Assembly (NCBI RefSeq): GCF_001194135.2
Contig: NC_068984.1
Location: 7,418,456-7,465,201 of the forward strand
Reading direction: 5' to 3'
Source: Octopus bimaculoides
Lineage: Eukaryota
Length of the DNA: 46,746 nucleotides
Shown piece after piece: positions 1 to 13,779 of the stretch. The notes under the pieces were generated by a model. That model made no database searches. It saw only the letters and a list, made by a program, of their open reading frames with translations, and was not told the DNA's origin. Made by a program: the position numbers and the translations under genes. Position 1 is the first letter of the stretch, and the number at the start of each line of letters is the position of its first letter.

Positions 1-50
<50 letters not shown>

Positions 51-401
51 CGTGTTTTTGTACTTGTTTTGTCCAGTTTGCCGCTTGTAGTGCTATCGTC
101 TATTTTTTCCGCATGTTGTGTTTTGTTGGTTTCCGTTTGTTGTGTTCTTTCTGTCCTGCCTTTGATATATATATATATATGTATGTGTGTGCGAGTGCGT
201 GCGCACGCATGTGTATTTGTGTGTCTGTGTTTGTCGCCTCACTATCACTTAACAATTGATGTTGATGTGTTTACGTCCATGTAACATACCGGTTCTGCCA
301 AAGACACAGATAGAATAAGTCTTGGAGTCGATTTGTTCAACTAAAGTCTGTGCTCCATCATCGCTGCAGTCAAATGACTGAAACAAGTAAAAGAATAAAA
401 G

Positions 402-463
<62 letters not shown>

Positions 464-479
464 CATGATAGATCGCTAG

Positions 480-670
480 CCACTAAACCTTTTCCTATTT
501 TCTCTCCCTGTTTATTTCTGTGTTCCTTTCTGTTGAAGAGCGTCGGCTCGAAACGTCAAGGACTTTCTAATTTCCCGAGCGTTAAACTAATACCTCTTTT
601 GTTGCTTACACACCAGTCTTAGTCTTTTTTGTTTGTTTTTTTCTTTTTTTTTTTGTAAATTCCAACTACA
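480..670 (+). mobile_element. Penelope-like pLTR-type repeat with hammerhead-like motif (second copy about 39555-39740)
   Basis: CCTTT-CTGTTGA-A-GAGC-gtcg-GCTC-GAAAC-GTC-AAGG. The shared downstream block (...CGAGCGT.AAAC.AATAC...GTAAATTCCAACTA) is seen in both copies. Confidence 0.55.
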
Positions 671-3147
671 TGTGTATATGCGTGNNNNNNNNNNTAAATT
701 CCAACTACATGTGTATATGCGTGCGCGCGCGCGCGTGTGTGTGTGTGTGCGTGCGTGTGCGTATGTGTGTGGCTGTGTGTGAATTAGTTGATAGATAATG
801 ACCACCTTTAAACATACGTCTTTTCGACTTTGTTCCACAACAATCCGCACCAATGACATCAACAACAAACCTGGCGTGTGTAGGTGATTTTCCTACTCAT
901 ATAATGAATTTCATCACTAAAAATGCAAATATCTTTAGGCTTTCAGTAAAACATGTCTTCCCATCATTTCGCTTCTCCTTCACCTAACCTACTTCCACAT
1001 AATTAGGTTATCAGAGGCCATCGTTTGTTATCGACAATGGCATAAAACAACAAGAAATAAGAGTAAATCCACTCTCAACTCCTCATCCGAGATAAACTGA
1101 CATCTGCTTCACTATAAAACTGCATCTTTCATCAATCATACAAAAAAACATTTCCTCCTTAGCTACGTTAGTCAGTTCATAGTTTTACATAAAAAATATA
1201 TAACACTTTTCATAATCGAAACCATATTAAGGGGAAAAAGACTACATATAAAAAAAAAAATCGATATCTTCTTAGCCATGTGATTCGATATTCTTTGGCA
1301 AATTGCTCACCTCGGAACAAGTTAATCCTAAAATAACAGCAAGAAAGAAAATGACATAAAACCTCTTTATCTTTTCTAAAATCATGCCATGGGTTTGATG
1401 AAGTAATTGGTCCGAGCAGTAAACTGGAAGTAAGTAACCAATATAATTACATTCAAGAGAGCTATTAACATAATCACCTCGTTCAGTGATTCTTGTATAT
1501 GTCACTGAAGTACTTACACGGTATATAAAACATGTAGCAGTAATGTGCGGTGTATAATGTGCTTTGAAATTTGGCCAGAAGGCCAGAAATTTCGGGGCGG
1601 GAGTAATTGACCACACGACCCCAGTGCTTAACTGGTATTTATTGTATCACCCACCAAAGGAATGAACGGCAGAGTCGTCCTGAGCGGAAACTGAACTCAA
1701 GATGTAGAAGCAAACGAAATGCCGCTAAGCATTTTGTCCGTGGCGGTAACGACTCTACCAGCTCGCCGCCCTAATGAATAATATCAAGTGGACTTTTTCT
1801 TCTCTTTCACTTGCTGAACTGTCAACGATCTTTGATGTAAAAGAAACACATGCCTTGAATATTTTGTAAACTCTCTCGCTTCGTAGAATATTCAATTTAG
1901 TATAATATATTGGCCTGGGTTTATGGCATGATGATGATTTCAAATAAGGACAAAATGGCTCTATACATGCTTAGTTGGAATTAATCAAATATTTGAAATC
2001 TTTATGAGTAGAAAAAATATTCTGCACGTCTTTTTAAATCCTCAATTTAAAATTGAAATTTGTCACCCTGCATTATTTACGACTTATTATCCAAGGGATT
2101 ATCTCCCCAACAATTGCTGCCACTAGGGCACCACTTTTATTATAGTTCAGTTGCTTCCGTCAATAGACTGCGGCCATGCTGGGACACTGCCTTGAAGAAC
2201 TTTAGTTGAACGAATCGATCCCAGTACTTAATTATTTAAGGCTTCACACTTATTCTATCGTTCTCTTTTGTCGAACCTCTAGTTAACAAGGACGTGAACA
2301 CACCATTACCTGTTGTCAAACGGTAATTCGGGACGAACGCAGACACAAAGACACAAGAACACACACACACACNNNNNNNNNNNNNNNNNNNNNNNNNNNN
2401 NNNNNNNNNNNNNNNNNNNNNNNNNNNNNNNNNNNNNNNNNNNNNNNNNNNNNNNNNNNNNNNNNNNNNNNNNNNNNNNNNNNNNNNNNNNNNNNNNNNN
2501 NNNNNNNNNNNNNNNNNNNNNNNNNNNNNNNNNNNNNNNNNNNNNNNNNNNNNNNNNNNNNNNNNNNNNNNNNNNNNNNNNNNNNNNNNNNNNNNNNNNN
2601 NNNNNNNNNNNNNNNNNNNNNNNNNNNNNNNNNNNNNNNNNNNNNNNNNNNNNNNNNNNNNNNNNNNNNNNNNNNNNNNNNNNNNNNNNNNNNNNNNNNN
2701 NNNNNNNNNNNNNNNNNNNNNNNNNNNNNNNNNNNNNNNNNNNNNNNNNNNNNNNNNNNNNNNNNNNNNNNNNNNNNNNNNNNNNNNNNNNNNNNNNNNN
2801 NNNNNNNNNNNNNNNNNNNNNNNNNNNNNNNNNNNNNNNNNNNNNNNNNNNNNNNNNNNNNNNNNNNNNNNNNNNNNNNNNNNNNNNNNNNNNNNNNNNN
2901 NNNNNNNNNNNNNNNNNNNNNNNNNNNNNNNNNNNNNNNNNNNNNNNNNNNNNNNNNNNNNNNNNNNNNNNNNNNNNNNNNNNNNNNNNNNNNNNNNNNN
3001 NNNNNNNNNNNNNNNNNNNNNNNNNNNNNNNNNNNNNNNNNNNNNNNNTGTGTTTGCATGTGTATCTGTATGTGCGTCTGTGTGTGTGTTTGTATTTGTG
3101 TGTGTGTGTGTGTGCGTGTGTGTGTTTGCGTGTGTATCTGTGTGTGC

Positions 3148-3184
<37 letters not shown>

Positions 3185-3923
3185 TGTGTATACTCGCACA
3201 CTGACGTAGGGCGGGTGTATTTAGTTCTGACACTCATAGTAATACAAATGAATGGCTTTATAAGAAATTGTCTGCAGAAATTTAGTTTTGTTTCCTGTGA
3301 AAAAGACCAGGCATTGGTTTTTCAGAGACGTAACCTTATCTTTAATTCTGTTATCAGTGTTAAAAGTGAAACTCTGTAAGACAGCCTTCTTTTCATTCTG
3401 TATTCACCGGACGTAGGTAGCTGGATGGGTTTGAAACGTCGCCAGATATATAGAAAGTACGCTAACAAAATTCCAACGTTTTCTAAGGAAGAATGCTATG
3501 GCACAAGTAAGTCTGAAGCATTTACTAATAAAAGAAAGATAATAGAAAGAAAGAAAACCATAGAACTCAGAGCTTTCGATGTTCTGCATTGGGGAATATT
3601 TTACGTTCCATTACAGAAAGCGTAGTAAGTATAAACAGATCCGTGCGCATGCGTATTGTGTGTGTGTGTGTTGAAGAGGAAGTTTTATCCCGACAAGTAT
3701 GCTGAACGCCTACATACTCCTACATACTCCTCTGTGTGTACGATTCTTTAATTTACAGGTGCAGGCGTGGCTATGTGTTAAGAATTTCGGTTCCCATCCA
3801 CATGGCTCTAGTTCTGGGTCAGTCCCACTGCGTAGCAGATTGGGCAAAGTGTCTTCTGCTATAGCGTCGGGCCGCCGACCAAAGGCCTGTAAGTGGATTT
3901 GGTAGATGGAAGGTAGCCCGTCC

Positions 3924-3955
<32 letters not shown>

Positions 3956-6121
3956 AATGGAACAAAAACGCACTAGAGGGCATTAAGGCTTTCGAACAGT
4001 TAGACGACACAAACGCGGAAAAGAGAAACAACAATTAGAAGGACAGGCAAAAAAGATGGGTCATTCTGGGCTTTCTTTCTTCAGTCAGGTACCAGAAGTG
4101 ACAACNNNNNNNNNNNNNNNNNNNNNNNNNNNNNNNNNNNNNNNNNNNNNNNNNNNNNNNNNNNNNNNNNNNNNNNNNNNNNNNNNNNNNNNNNNNNNNN
4201 NNNNNNNNNNNNNNNNNNNNNNNNNNNNNNNNNNNNNNNNNNNNNNNNNNNNNNNNNNNNNNNNNNNNNNNNNNNNNNNNNNNNNNNNNNNNNNNNNNNN
4301 NNNNNNNNNNNNNNNNNNNNNNNNNNNNNNNNNNNNNNNNNNNNNNNNNNNNNNNNNNNNNNNNNNNNNNNNNNNNNNNNNNNNNNNNNNNNNNNNNNNN
4401 NNNNNNNNNNNNNNNNNNNNNNNNNNNNNNNNNNNNNNNNNNNNNNNNNNCTGTGTGTGCGTGCGTGTGTGTGTGTGTGTGTGTGCCTTTGTGTCTGCTT
4501 TGAGTCACCACTTGACAGCCGGTGCTTATTTATGTTTCCGTATCTATTGGTTCAGTTAAAGAGACCGATAGAATAACTACCAAGCTTTAAAAAATAAGTG
4601 CTCCGGTCGATTCATTCGACTAAAAATTCTTCAAGTTGGGGCCCCAGCATGGCCGCAGTCTACTGACTGAAACAAGTAAAAGATAAAACATATGACTTAG
4701 AAGAAAATATATATTATTTTTGTTGGTGTTGTTGTTGTTGCTTAAGGCGAAGTTAGCCATGATCGAGCAGATCTGCGGTCGAATATATTCCCGTCTTAAC
4801 CCTCCTGACCATGTTTCAGGCATATTGTACCACAAACCATACTGTCTAAAGTGGTGTCCTTCCTGTATTTCTAAACAGCAAGATTTTGATTCACGACAGG
4901 TCTTTGACAAACTCTACAGATGGATTGACTGAAGAATTATTCAAACAATCGATTAATTAGTTAAATGTAGACGAATTCGTTAATAATAATAATAAAAGAA
5001 ATTTAACAGAATCAGTGCGTGTGTTTATTATTTGCAATATGACCTTCCCGAGATACAACAAAATTTGTTTCAACATACGAATTCGCATGAAGAATCTTAC
5101 AAACCAAAAACCTAATTTAACTATTTATTCTTTGAGGTCAAATGACTAAAATTAGTGGACCTTCATATCTACGCGTGATCATACAGGAGTTGATCACATC
5201 CAGATAGTTTTCGTGGTAATTATTAACATAAGTGACTCGTTTCACCCGGTCATATTTATACAATCCATTAAAAGCCACGGAAACTATTCTTTTTGACGAG
5301 AGAGAAAGTGTCCTTATATTTCTAAGAGAAATTTAGAAGTGATTTTTGCTGGCAGAATCGTTAGCGCGCCGAGCAAAATGCTTAACGGAATTTCGTCGGT
5401 TTTTGTGCTCTGAGTTCAAATTCCACCGAGGTCAATTTTGCCGTTTATCCTTTCGAGGTTGATAAAATAAAGACCATTTGAGCACTGGGATCGATGTAAC
5501 TGACTTAACTCACCCACGAAATTGCTGGCCTTGTGCTAAATTTGAAACTGGTATTTTTCCAAGTATCTGAACGGGAACTCAGAAATAGATTAACTTCAAA
5601 CAGGAATCTAAATTACTTTGTCGTCTCCATTCACCGGAGAATATCAATGAAATAAAGAAAACATTACTAAAAATGCATAATTTGCTTAGAGTTTCCAAGC
5701 TCGCATCGCAGCCATGTAATTTCGTGTTCAGTCCCAAGGCGCGGCACCATGAGCACGTGTTTTCTACTGTAGGGTCGAGCCGACCAATGCCTTGTGAGTG
5801 AATTTGGCGAACGAGAAACTATGTCGAAGCCCGTTGTATATTTGTACATATATATGAGTATGCCTTTGTGTTGGTCAGACGCACATCGCCAATTGACATC
5901 CTGTGCTTGTTTGTTTTCGTTCCCATAACTAAGCAGTTCGGCAAACGAGAACAATAAGATGAGTACTGATATTTTTTAGACTAAATCCTTGATGGTTGTA
6001 CCCCAGCATGGCCGCAGTCAAATGACTGAGACAAGTAAATAATGAAAGATAACCTCACAATCTAATGGATATCGTCTGTTATGTAAATCACGCGGACATC
6101 TGCTCGCTCTGTCTCCATCTG

Positions 6122-6205
<84 letters not shown>

Positions 6206-7019
6206 GGTCTGTCTCTGATTCCAGTTAATTCAACAGATACCAATCGTTATTTAAACTTCAAACGCCAACATCAAAAGGGGACATTCGTTAAACTTTAGAC
6301 ATCTTAGCAATTCTGATGGCTGCTTTGCATTATTTAGGAAAATAAGCGATTGCAATATTTTATCGAAAGTATTTATGCTGTAAACAACCGTTTCATCATC
6401 CCAATTCGTAACAGCTTGATACTTTTAATTACTCATGTTTAATACTTTTAATTACTCGTTTTAATTAACCGTAGCGGGGGATGATGCCACTGCACAATCA
6501 ACCTCGTCAAGGTTTCTGTCATAAATTGTCTGCAAATTGTGCAAACATTATTTCCATCCATCCATATTCTCATGGAAGGGTCGTTGAGGTTGAGTTCCCA
6601 AGAGTTCCCACCATAACGGCTTGTTGTTGGCACTCCGTCGGTTGCGACGATGAGGGCTCCAGTTGATCCGATCAACGGAACAACCGGCTCGTGAAATTAA
6701 CGTGCAAGTGGCTGAGCACTCCACACACACGTGTACCCATAACGTAGTTCTCAGGGATATTCAGCGTGACACAGTGTGACAAGGCTGGCCCTTTGAAATA
6801 CAGATACAACAGAAACAGGAAGAAAGATCGAGAGAAAGTTGTGGTGAAAGAGTACAGCAGGGTTCGCCACCATTCCCTGCCGGAGTCTCGTGGAGCTTTG
6901 GGCGTTTTCGCTCAATAAACTCTCACAACGCCCGGTGTGGGAATCGAAACTGCGAGTCCACTGCCGTAACCACTGCGCCATTGCGCCTCCACCACCACAA
7001 GGGCATATCAGAAACAACC

Positions 7020-7330
7020 GACATCACACTTCTCAGCTGGATTCCCAATCAACCAACTAAGACTATGCATATTATCCAGCCGTCTCTCTGGTTTGCCTAC
7101 GCCGAGCTCTTCTGCTGGCTGACTCGGGCTTGAAGAGCATGATTTTGGGAATCTTTCCTGTAACATTTTAATCGCATCTCAGTTGTACAGGGGCTGCGAA
7201 CTCTCAATGCAGAGAAGTAGCCACTCGTCATGGAAAGTCTGCCTGATCTCAGAGCCACGCGTCCTGTCGAGTAGCGTTATTCGAGAGATCCTTCGCAGAA
7301 ACCCCCATTTGAACCGTTTGTACTCATGAT
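7020..7330 (-). mobile_element. Decayed RTE-clade LINE fragment (post-RT region)
   Basis: Translation GFLRRISRITLLDRTRGSEIRQTFHDEWLLLCIESSQ...KIPKIMLF, with stops. Matches the recalled RTE/Expander FLRRIxGxTLxDRVRSSEIR...LLLRIExSQ motif. Confidence 0.65.
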
Positions 7331-8134
7331 TGTAACCTTTCGGGCGTTATCCAACATTTATGAGTAGAGATGAGAACAGACACGGAGAAGATCACAATAA
7401 CACTTTTATTGTTTTGATTTAAGGCAGGGATGAAAAGAAACTAGTTTGATCTTTTAAAAGCGTTTTATTTTTAATTCTCTGTCAACGATCAAAGATTCTA
7501 AAAATCTCGTGTTATTTGGGTGGTAGGAGACATTAGAAATATCAGATATCAACACGAGATTATCAAAAAACAATCATGGTAATGATTCTTTTTTTATATT
7601 AAGTTTAACTCTACCAATCAATCATTATTTTCTATTTCACTTCGGTCATAATTGATCGATTAGTGTATCAAAGAGTTAGCTTCCGTTAATGTTCTACTTG
7701 TTTCGAATAGATACAACATAGACATCGCGTCCTTAAATCATCAAATTGCGTAGGCGCATGAATGGCTATGGGGCTAAGAAGCTCATTGCAACCACGTGGG
7801 CTCAGTTTCAGAACTACCGCGTGACACCTTGAGCAAGTATCTTTTACTATAGCCCCGACATGGCATTTCGCCCGGCGTGCTAACGTTTCTGCCAGCTCAC
7901 CGCCTTCATTTTATTTTCAAGCATTGAATTTTGGACCATGTAATAGAACATATCATGATATCTTTATAAGAGAGTAAGGTATGCTTTGAGGGTTATTCAG
8001 GTGATATTTCTAGCAGCTCTCGGTATCATCTGTGTTTCGGTATGTGTGTGTGTGTGTGTGTGTCTGTATGAATGTGCGTGCGTGTGTGCACGTGCGTGTG
8101 TGCACGCGCGCGTGCGTGATATATTTACCAGAAT

Positions 8135-8932
8135 TACATAAAAATATCTTGAAATACTAAAGAGTAAATTTATTCAATAAAATCGCCATTGGCTTCAACC
8201 ACAGACTCCAGTCGACTTCGGAACCTCCTGCACTCTTCTGAGCGGTCTCCTTGTTTAAGTTGGTCAATGCTGCCATAATCCTCGCCTTCAATTCATCTTT
8301 GGTCTTACAAGGAGTTTTGTTGGTCTCTCCCTCAACTGCGCCCCACACATAATAATCAAGGAAGTTGCAGTCTGGAGAGTTAAGTAGCCAGATGTTTCGG
8401 GTGATGTAGTCGCTAAAATTGTCTGACAGCCATGACTGGGTTCTCCTGCTTGTGTGGCATGGTGCAGGGTCCTGTTGCTAGATATAGGGTCTTCCAACAG
8501 CCACCCTCTTGACCCAGGGGTGGGGCATTACCTCCTCCAGGCACTTGATGTAGGCTTCCGTGTTGTGTCTGTGGTCGTATGAGAAGATGTATGGAGGCAT
8601 AATGTCACCATCACTAGTGGTCACTCCAAACACCATGATGTCGACTGGATGTTTGATTTTTATCACTCTCGGTCAATGTCTTTAAATTACACTATCCTCA
8701 GATTAACACTCAAACATTCTGAAATGTTCGTACTGGAGCTTCCGGTGCTAATGCCAAGCAGTACAGTATGTCGTTTTCAAATTTATGGCAGAATGAATTG
8801 CGACATGGTGCTGTTTTTCTCACAGACGGTGCCCTACTATACTGTGTAGTCGACAAAATCAAAACGAAACAATGCGCCTGCACGAGACTAAAAATATAAA
8901 TTGGTGACAATTTACCCATCGTACCTTGTATA
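8135..8932 (-). mobile_element. Internally deleted DD37D (maT-type) Tc1/mariner transposon remnant
   Basis: One frame reads KHPVDIMVFGVTTSDG...GRPYI*QQDPAPCHTSRRTQSWLSDNFSDYITRNIWLLNSPDCNFLDYYVWGAVE...ELKARI, with 37 residues between the QQD and LD aspartates. A decayed N-terminal piece (MSQFILP*I*KRHTVLLGISTGSSSTNISECLSVNLRIV, about 8695-8810) abuts it. Possible terminus TA-CAAGGTACGATGGGTAAATTG near 8905-8932. Confidence 0.85.
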
Positions 8933-10127
8933 TAGGTATATGTGTGTGTATATATATATATGTATACATAGCATATACGTGTGTGTGGATGTGTATATTT
9001 ATGTGTGCATGTGTGTGTCTTTCTGTGGTTGTTCCTGCATCGCCGCTTATCATCTCGTGTTACTTTGTAACCGCGTAATCGAGAAGTCCCGAAAAAGAGG
9101 CTGAAGGAAAGAATACTAGACTTTGTATTTAAACATTAGGGTCAATTCGATCGCCTAACACTTCATGTCGCGCCCCAGCATGATTGAAACAAGTAAAAGA
9201 TAAAAATGTAACGGCTTATCAATGAAACATGTAGTAGTCTCTGAGTGAAGGCAGCCAAGGTTTAGAAATCTACAAATATTTGAATGCCTCAGAATTTCAC
9301 AGTGACCTACAAAAGGTTTGTAGGAAAACTTGATAATTTATATATATANNNNNNNNNNNNNNNNNNNNNNNNNNNNNNNNNNNNNNNNNNNNNNNNNNNN
9401 NNNNNNNNNNNNNNNNNNNNNNNNNNNNNNNNNNNNNNNNNNNNNNNNNNNNNNNNNNNNNNNNNNNNNNNNNNNNNNNNNNNNNNNNNNNNNNNNNNNN
9501 NNNNNNNNNNNNNNNNNNNNNNNNNNNNNNNNNNNNNNNNNNNNNNNNNNNNNNNNNNNNNNNNNNNNNNNNNNNNNNNNNNNNNNNNNNNNNNNNNNNN
9601 NNNNNNNNNNNNNNNNNNNNNNNNNNNNNNNNNNNNNNNNNNNNNNNNNNNNNNNNNNNNNNNNNNNNNNNNNNNNNNNNNNNNNNNNNNNNNNNNNNNN
9701 NNNNNNNNNNNNNNNNNNNNNNNNNNNNNNNNNNNNNNNNNNNNNNNNNNNNNNNNNNNNNNNNNNNNNNNNNNNNNNNNNNNNNNNNNNNNNNNNNNNN
9801 NNNNNNNNNNNNNNNNNNNNNNNNNNNNNNNNNNNNNNNNNNNNNNNNNNNNNNNNNNNNNNNNNNNNNNNNNNNNNNNNNNNNNNNNNNNNNNNNNNNN
9901 NNNNNNNNNNNNNNNNNNNNNNNNNNNNNNNNNNNNNNNNNNNNNNNNNNNNNNNNNNNNNNNNNNNNNNNNNNNNNNNNNNNNNNNNNTTCTATGTGTG
10001 CCATAAATATCGCCATCCGTTTAGAGAAAAATTTGTAGTTTAGAATCAGTAGTTCTTTGACTGCTATTTCTAAATTTTCAGTATGTTGGAGAAGCAACTC
10101 AATGCTAATCCCTGTATATTTATGATG

Positions 10128-10166
<39 letters not shown>

Positions 10167-11328
10167 CATTACTCTATTCCTCTTTTACTCGTTTCAGTCA
10201 TTTGACTGTGGCCATGCTGGAGCACCGCCTTTAGTTGAGCAAATCGACTCCAAGACTTATTCTTTGTAAGCCTAGTACTTATTCTATCGGTCACTTTTGC
10301 CGAACTGCTAAGTTACAGGGACGTAAATACACCACCATCGGTTGTGAAGCGATGTTGGGGGGACACACACAGACACACAAACACACACACACATACATAT
10401 ATACGATGGGCTTCTTTCGGTTTCCGTCTACCAAATCCACTCAGAAGACTTTGGTCAGCCCAAGGCTATGGAATTAAACGCAGGTGTTATTGAAATCTTT
10501 ACTTCCGACATATATTTCGGAGACAACATTGGTATTATTCCAGAAGGAATAAAATGATGTAAAACAATGCAATCTTCTCATCAGTGGGGAAAAACAGAAA
10601 CAAAACGCATCTATAAGACATTTTAACCGAATGTGATTACTGCATATGTGATGAAGGGAAAGTGGCACGGTATTTTGTTTTTAAACTGTTAATATATGTA
10701 ACGTCAAAGGCAATTTACAGAAAGAGAAGGAGGAGGACGAAATAAATTAGCAGAAAATTAAAAGTGGAGAAATATAGTGCAATAGGGCAAGAGGAATAAA
10801 TGTTAAAGGCACGGAAATAGATATATTTAGTGGAAGTGAAATGTAAGAAGACAGTTAATGATCGAATTTTATAGACTGGTAGAAATCAATTATAGGAACT
10901 AAAGGTATGTTTTTGCCAATGTTTGCAACGATAAACGCGTTCTTTAAACGTGTTTACAAGAGGATTCTCTGAGAAAAGGATGAAATACAGTTCATCGTTA
11001 CAGAGCGAACAAAATGATTTACTTTTATCATACGGAAATGATATATATATATATATATAAATTCTTGTATGTACAAATATATATATAGAAACATAACGTG
11101 GAGTAGATGGAATAGGGACAACTGACGAAGGGATATACTCTTTATGTTGCATGTCTCGTTTCTCTGTTTTTTCGTTATTCGAAAAAAGTTCGTTTTCTGT
11201 TTTCATTTCTCATTGTGTTTAACGTTTTTTTTATGTCTTGTACCCATATATGCATGTATGTATACATATGGATGTAGGTATGTACATATATGTATGGATA
11301 TATGCATATACTTATATACTATTTATAT

Positions 11329-11408
<80 letters not shown>

Positions 11409-11559
11409 CACACGCTCACACACACATATATATGTATGTATGTATATATATATATATACATGTATATATGGGTATAAAGTATACTGTGTTTTTGCATTTG
11501 ACGCGTATTTAATGCATATTTGTACTGGATAAACATAAACGAATTGCATTCATACTTAC

Positions 11560-11715
11560 CGGGTGAACCACTCATTCTCTGGGAGAGCTTTAAATTTTCG
11601 TTTAGCAATTCTACTGTTCCTTCTTGAGGGTCCAGTTCCAGAAGATCCCTATCGACACGGTCAGGGAACGTTGTAAAAATTGGGTCTTCTATCCACCATA
11701 TTTGAATCTTGAAAG
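11560..11715 (-). CDS. Exon (phase 1-1, 156 nt); start of GAIN subdomain B
   Basis: Acceptor atcatctcatttcAG, donor G|GTaagt. Joins the previous exon as T+CT=Ser: (S)[51 protein letters not shown](G). Resembles the latrophilin IxLEV...FP...SIQLSANTLKQNxRNG segment. Confidence 0.8.
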
Positions 11716-13673
11716 CTGAAATGAGATGATATCGATTTAATAATTACAACAAACCCCCATTACTAAAAAATGTTCTCATTATCTTTTAATTGTTACAAAT
11801 TAACATTTGGCAATAATTCCAATTAAGATTTAAAATGCATTTTGTCCGGCAATTAATGAGAAGCAATTAAAATCTTTAGAATTCGAAATTAGGTGACTAA
11901 AAATATAAAAATAGCGTGGAGCTCTTCACAAATATGTTATTTTTTGAGTTCCAAAATATTTCATGATGGAGGAGTTTATATCTGACATAGTTAAAACTCC
12001 TAGATCGCAATTATAAGATTTTAAGCTATTAATTAGTTCTACGTGTATCGTTAATTTTGTTTTAGAGGTGTTGGGGAAAAAATGAATTTTTGTGCTGTGT
12101 GTGTTTATATTTTTTAAAACATAAATTATAAATACGTTAGTGGTGGAGTCCTCAACTCCTGACGAAGTCGTAGGAGTGATGACAAAATAATACTGTGTGT
12201 TTGGAGCGTATTCTTATACAGATATCAGCACAGCGGATGGAAAATGTATATAAGAGAGAGAAAAAGGCTTCGGTTGACCTAAGACAATGGCAGAAGAATA
12301 TTGTTGCTCAAGGTACCACACAGTGTAACCGAACCAGAAATTATGTGATTGAGAAGCAAACTTCTTACCACGCAGCCACGGATACACCTTCAGCAATAAC
12401 TACTTTCGTGGCAGCTTTTGTTACCTATTATTCTTCATAATGTCACAGAAATAGCTGAATTAGAATGAGTTTTTTTGTTTGTTTTTTCGTTCTAATCTTT
12501 CCTTTACATGCATTCTTGATGTGTTAATACACTTGCTTTGCTAGAAATCTTTCAAGTCTATTCGTTCAGTTCAGAACCTGTTATTCATATGTGACCTCCA
12601 CGACAACCCAACTCGCGTCTCCTGCTGTGAATCCTTCATAAGAGATATAAACCATCAATCTCAGAAGAATATCGACGGTGAAAAATATATTCCACCAGAA
12701 TTAGCACCAGCCTTTATTTAATACTGAAAGATATATTCTGCCGGCAGAGTATTTCACCAAAATATAATCCCGCTCATGTGTGTAGGAATCACAAAGACCA
12801 ATTTATCTTTGATGTGTTGCATGTGATAATGTTTGTACATAGATAGAAGTTAGCAAAACCTGGAATAATCACGCAAGGTTAAGAGGGTGGGTATAGGAGA
12901 AAAATGTAAAATGTAACGAGGNNNNNNNNNNGGGGGCGGGGGTGGGCGGGAAGAATACAACTTTTTGTAAATGACTGAATGGAGATGAGGTAGGAAAGAA
13001 TTCGAAAGTAATTGAATAGAGATGTGATTCTGACAATAAATATGTGCGTGTGAATGTAAATATTCCTTTATGCGTATGAAACGCTGCATGTATATCTATG
13101 TATCTATCTATGTACCTACGTACCTAACTACCTACCTACCTACACACACACACACACATACACACACACACACACACACACATGTATGTATATATATAGT
13201 GGCACTCCGTCGGTGACGTCGACGTGGGTTCCAGTTGATCCGATCAACGGAACAGCCTGCTTGTGAAATTAACGTGCAAGTGGCTGAGTACTGCGCAGAT
13301 AGGTGTACCCATAACGTAGTTCTCGGGGAGATTCAGCGTGACACAGTGTGTGACTAAGCTGGCTCTTTTGAAGTACAGGTACAACAGAAACATGACCGAG
13401 TGAAAGAAAGTTGTGGTGAAAGGGTACAGCAGGGTTTGCTACCACCCTCTGCCGGAGCCTCGTGGAGCTTTTTAGGTGTTTTCGTTGAATAAACACTCAC
13501 AACGCCCGGTCTGGGAATCGAAATATACATGCATGTATGTATGTGCATAGATTTAGGAGAGCAAACACAATAAATAGAATCCAATACTTCTGTAAGTATA
13601 TTCTATTTCAAACGACTGAGTTTTGGTAACTTTCGACCCATGAGTAGCGTTGTAATTTAACTTCTATCGATTA

Positions 13674-13680
13674 AATAATG

Positions 13681-13728
<48 letters not shown>

Positions 13729-13770
13729 TTAATAATAATAATAATAATAATAATGATGATGATAATAGGG
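13674..13770 (+). repeat. (TAA)n micro-satellite
   Basis: Direct reading. Further (TAA)n tracts at about 19888-19925, 20128-20210, 20763-20875, 31793-31855. Confidence 0.95.
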
Positions 13771-13779
13771 AGCCAATGA

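Noticed and set aside
656-724. Direct repeat TAAATTCCAACTACATGTGTATATGCGTG
   Set aside because: Duplicated across a 10-N gap; assembly artefact.
12195-12440. 81-aa plus-strand ORF with an acceptor-like start
   Set aside because: Its 3' half is the reverse complement of a SINE A head; no protein motif.
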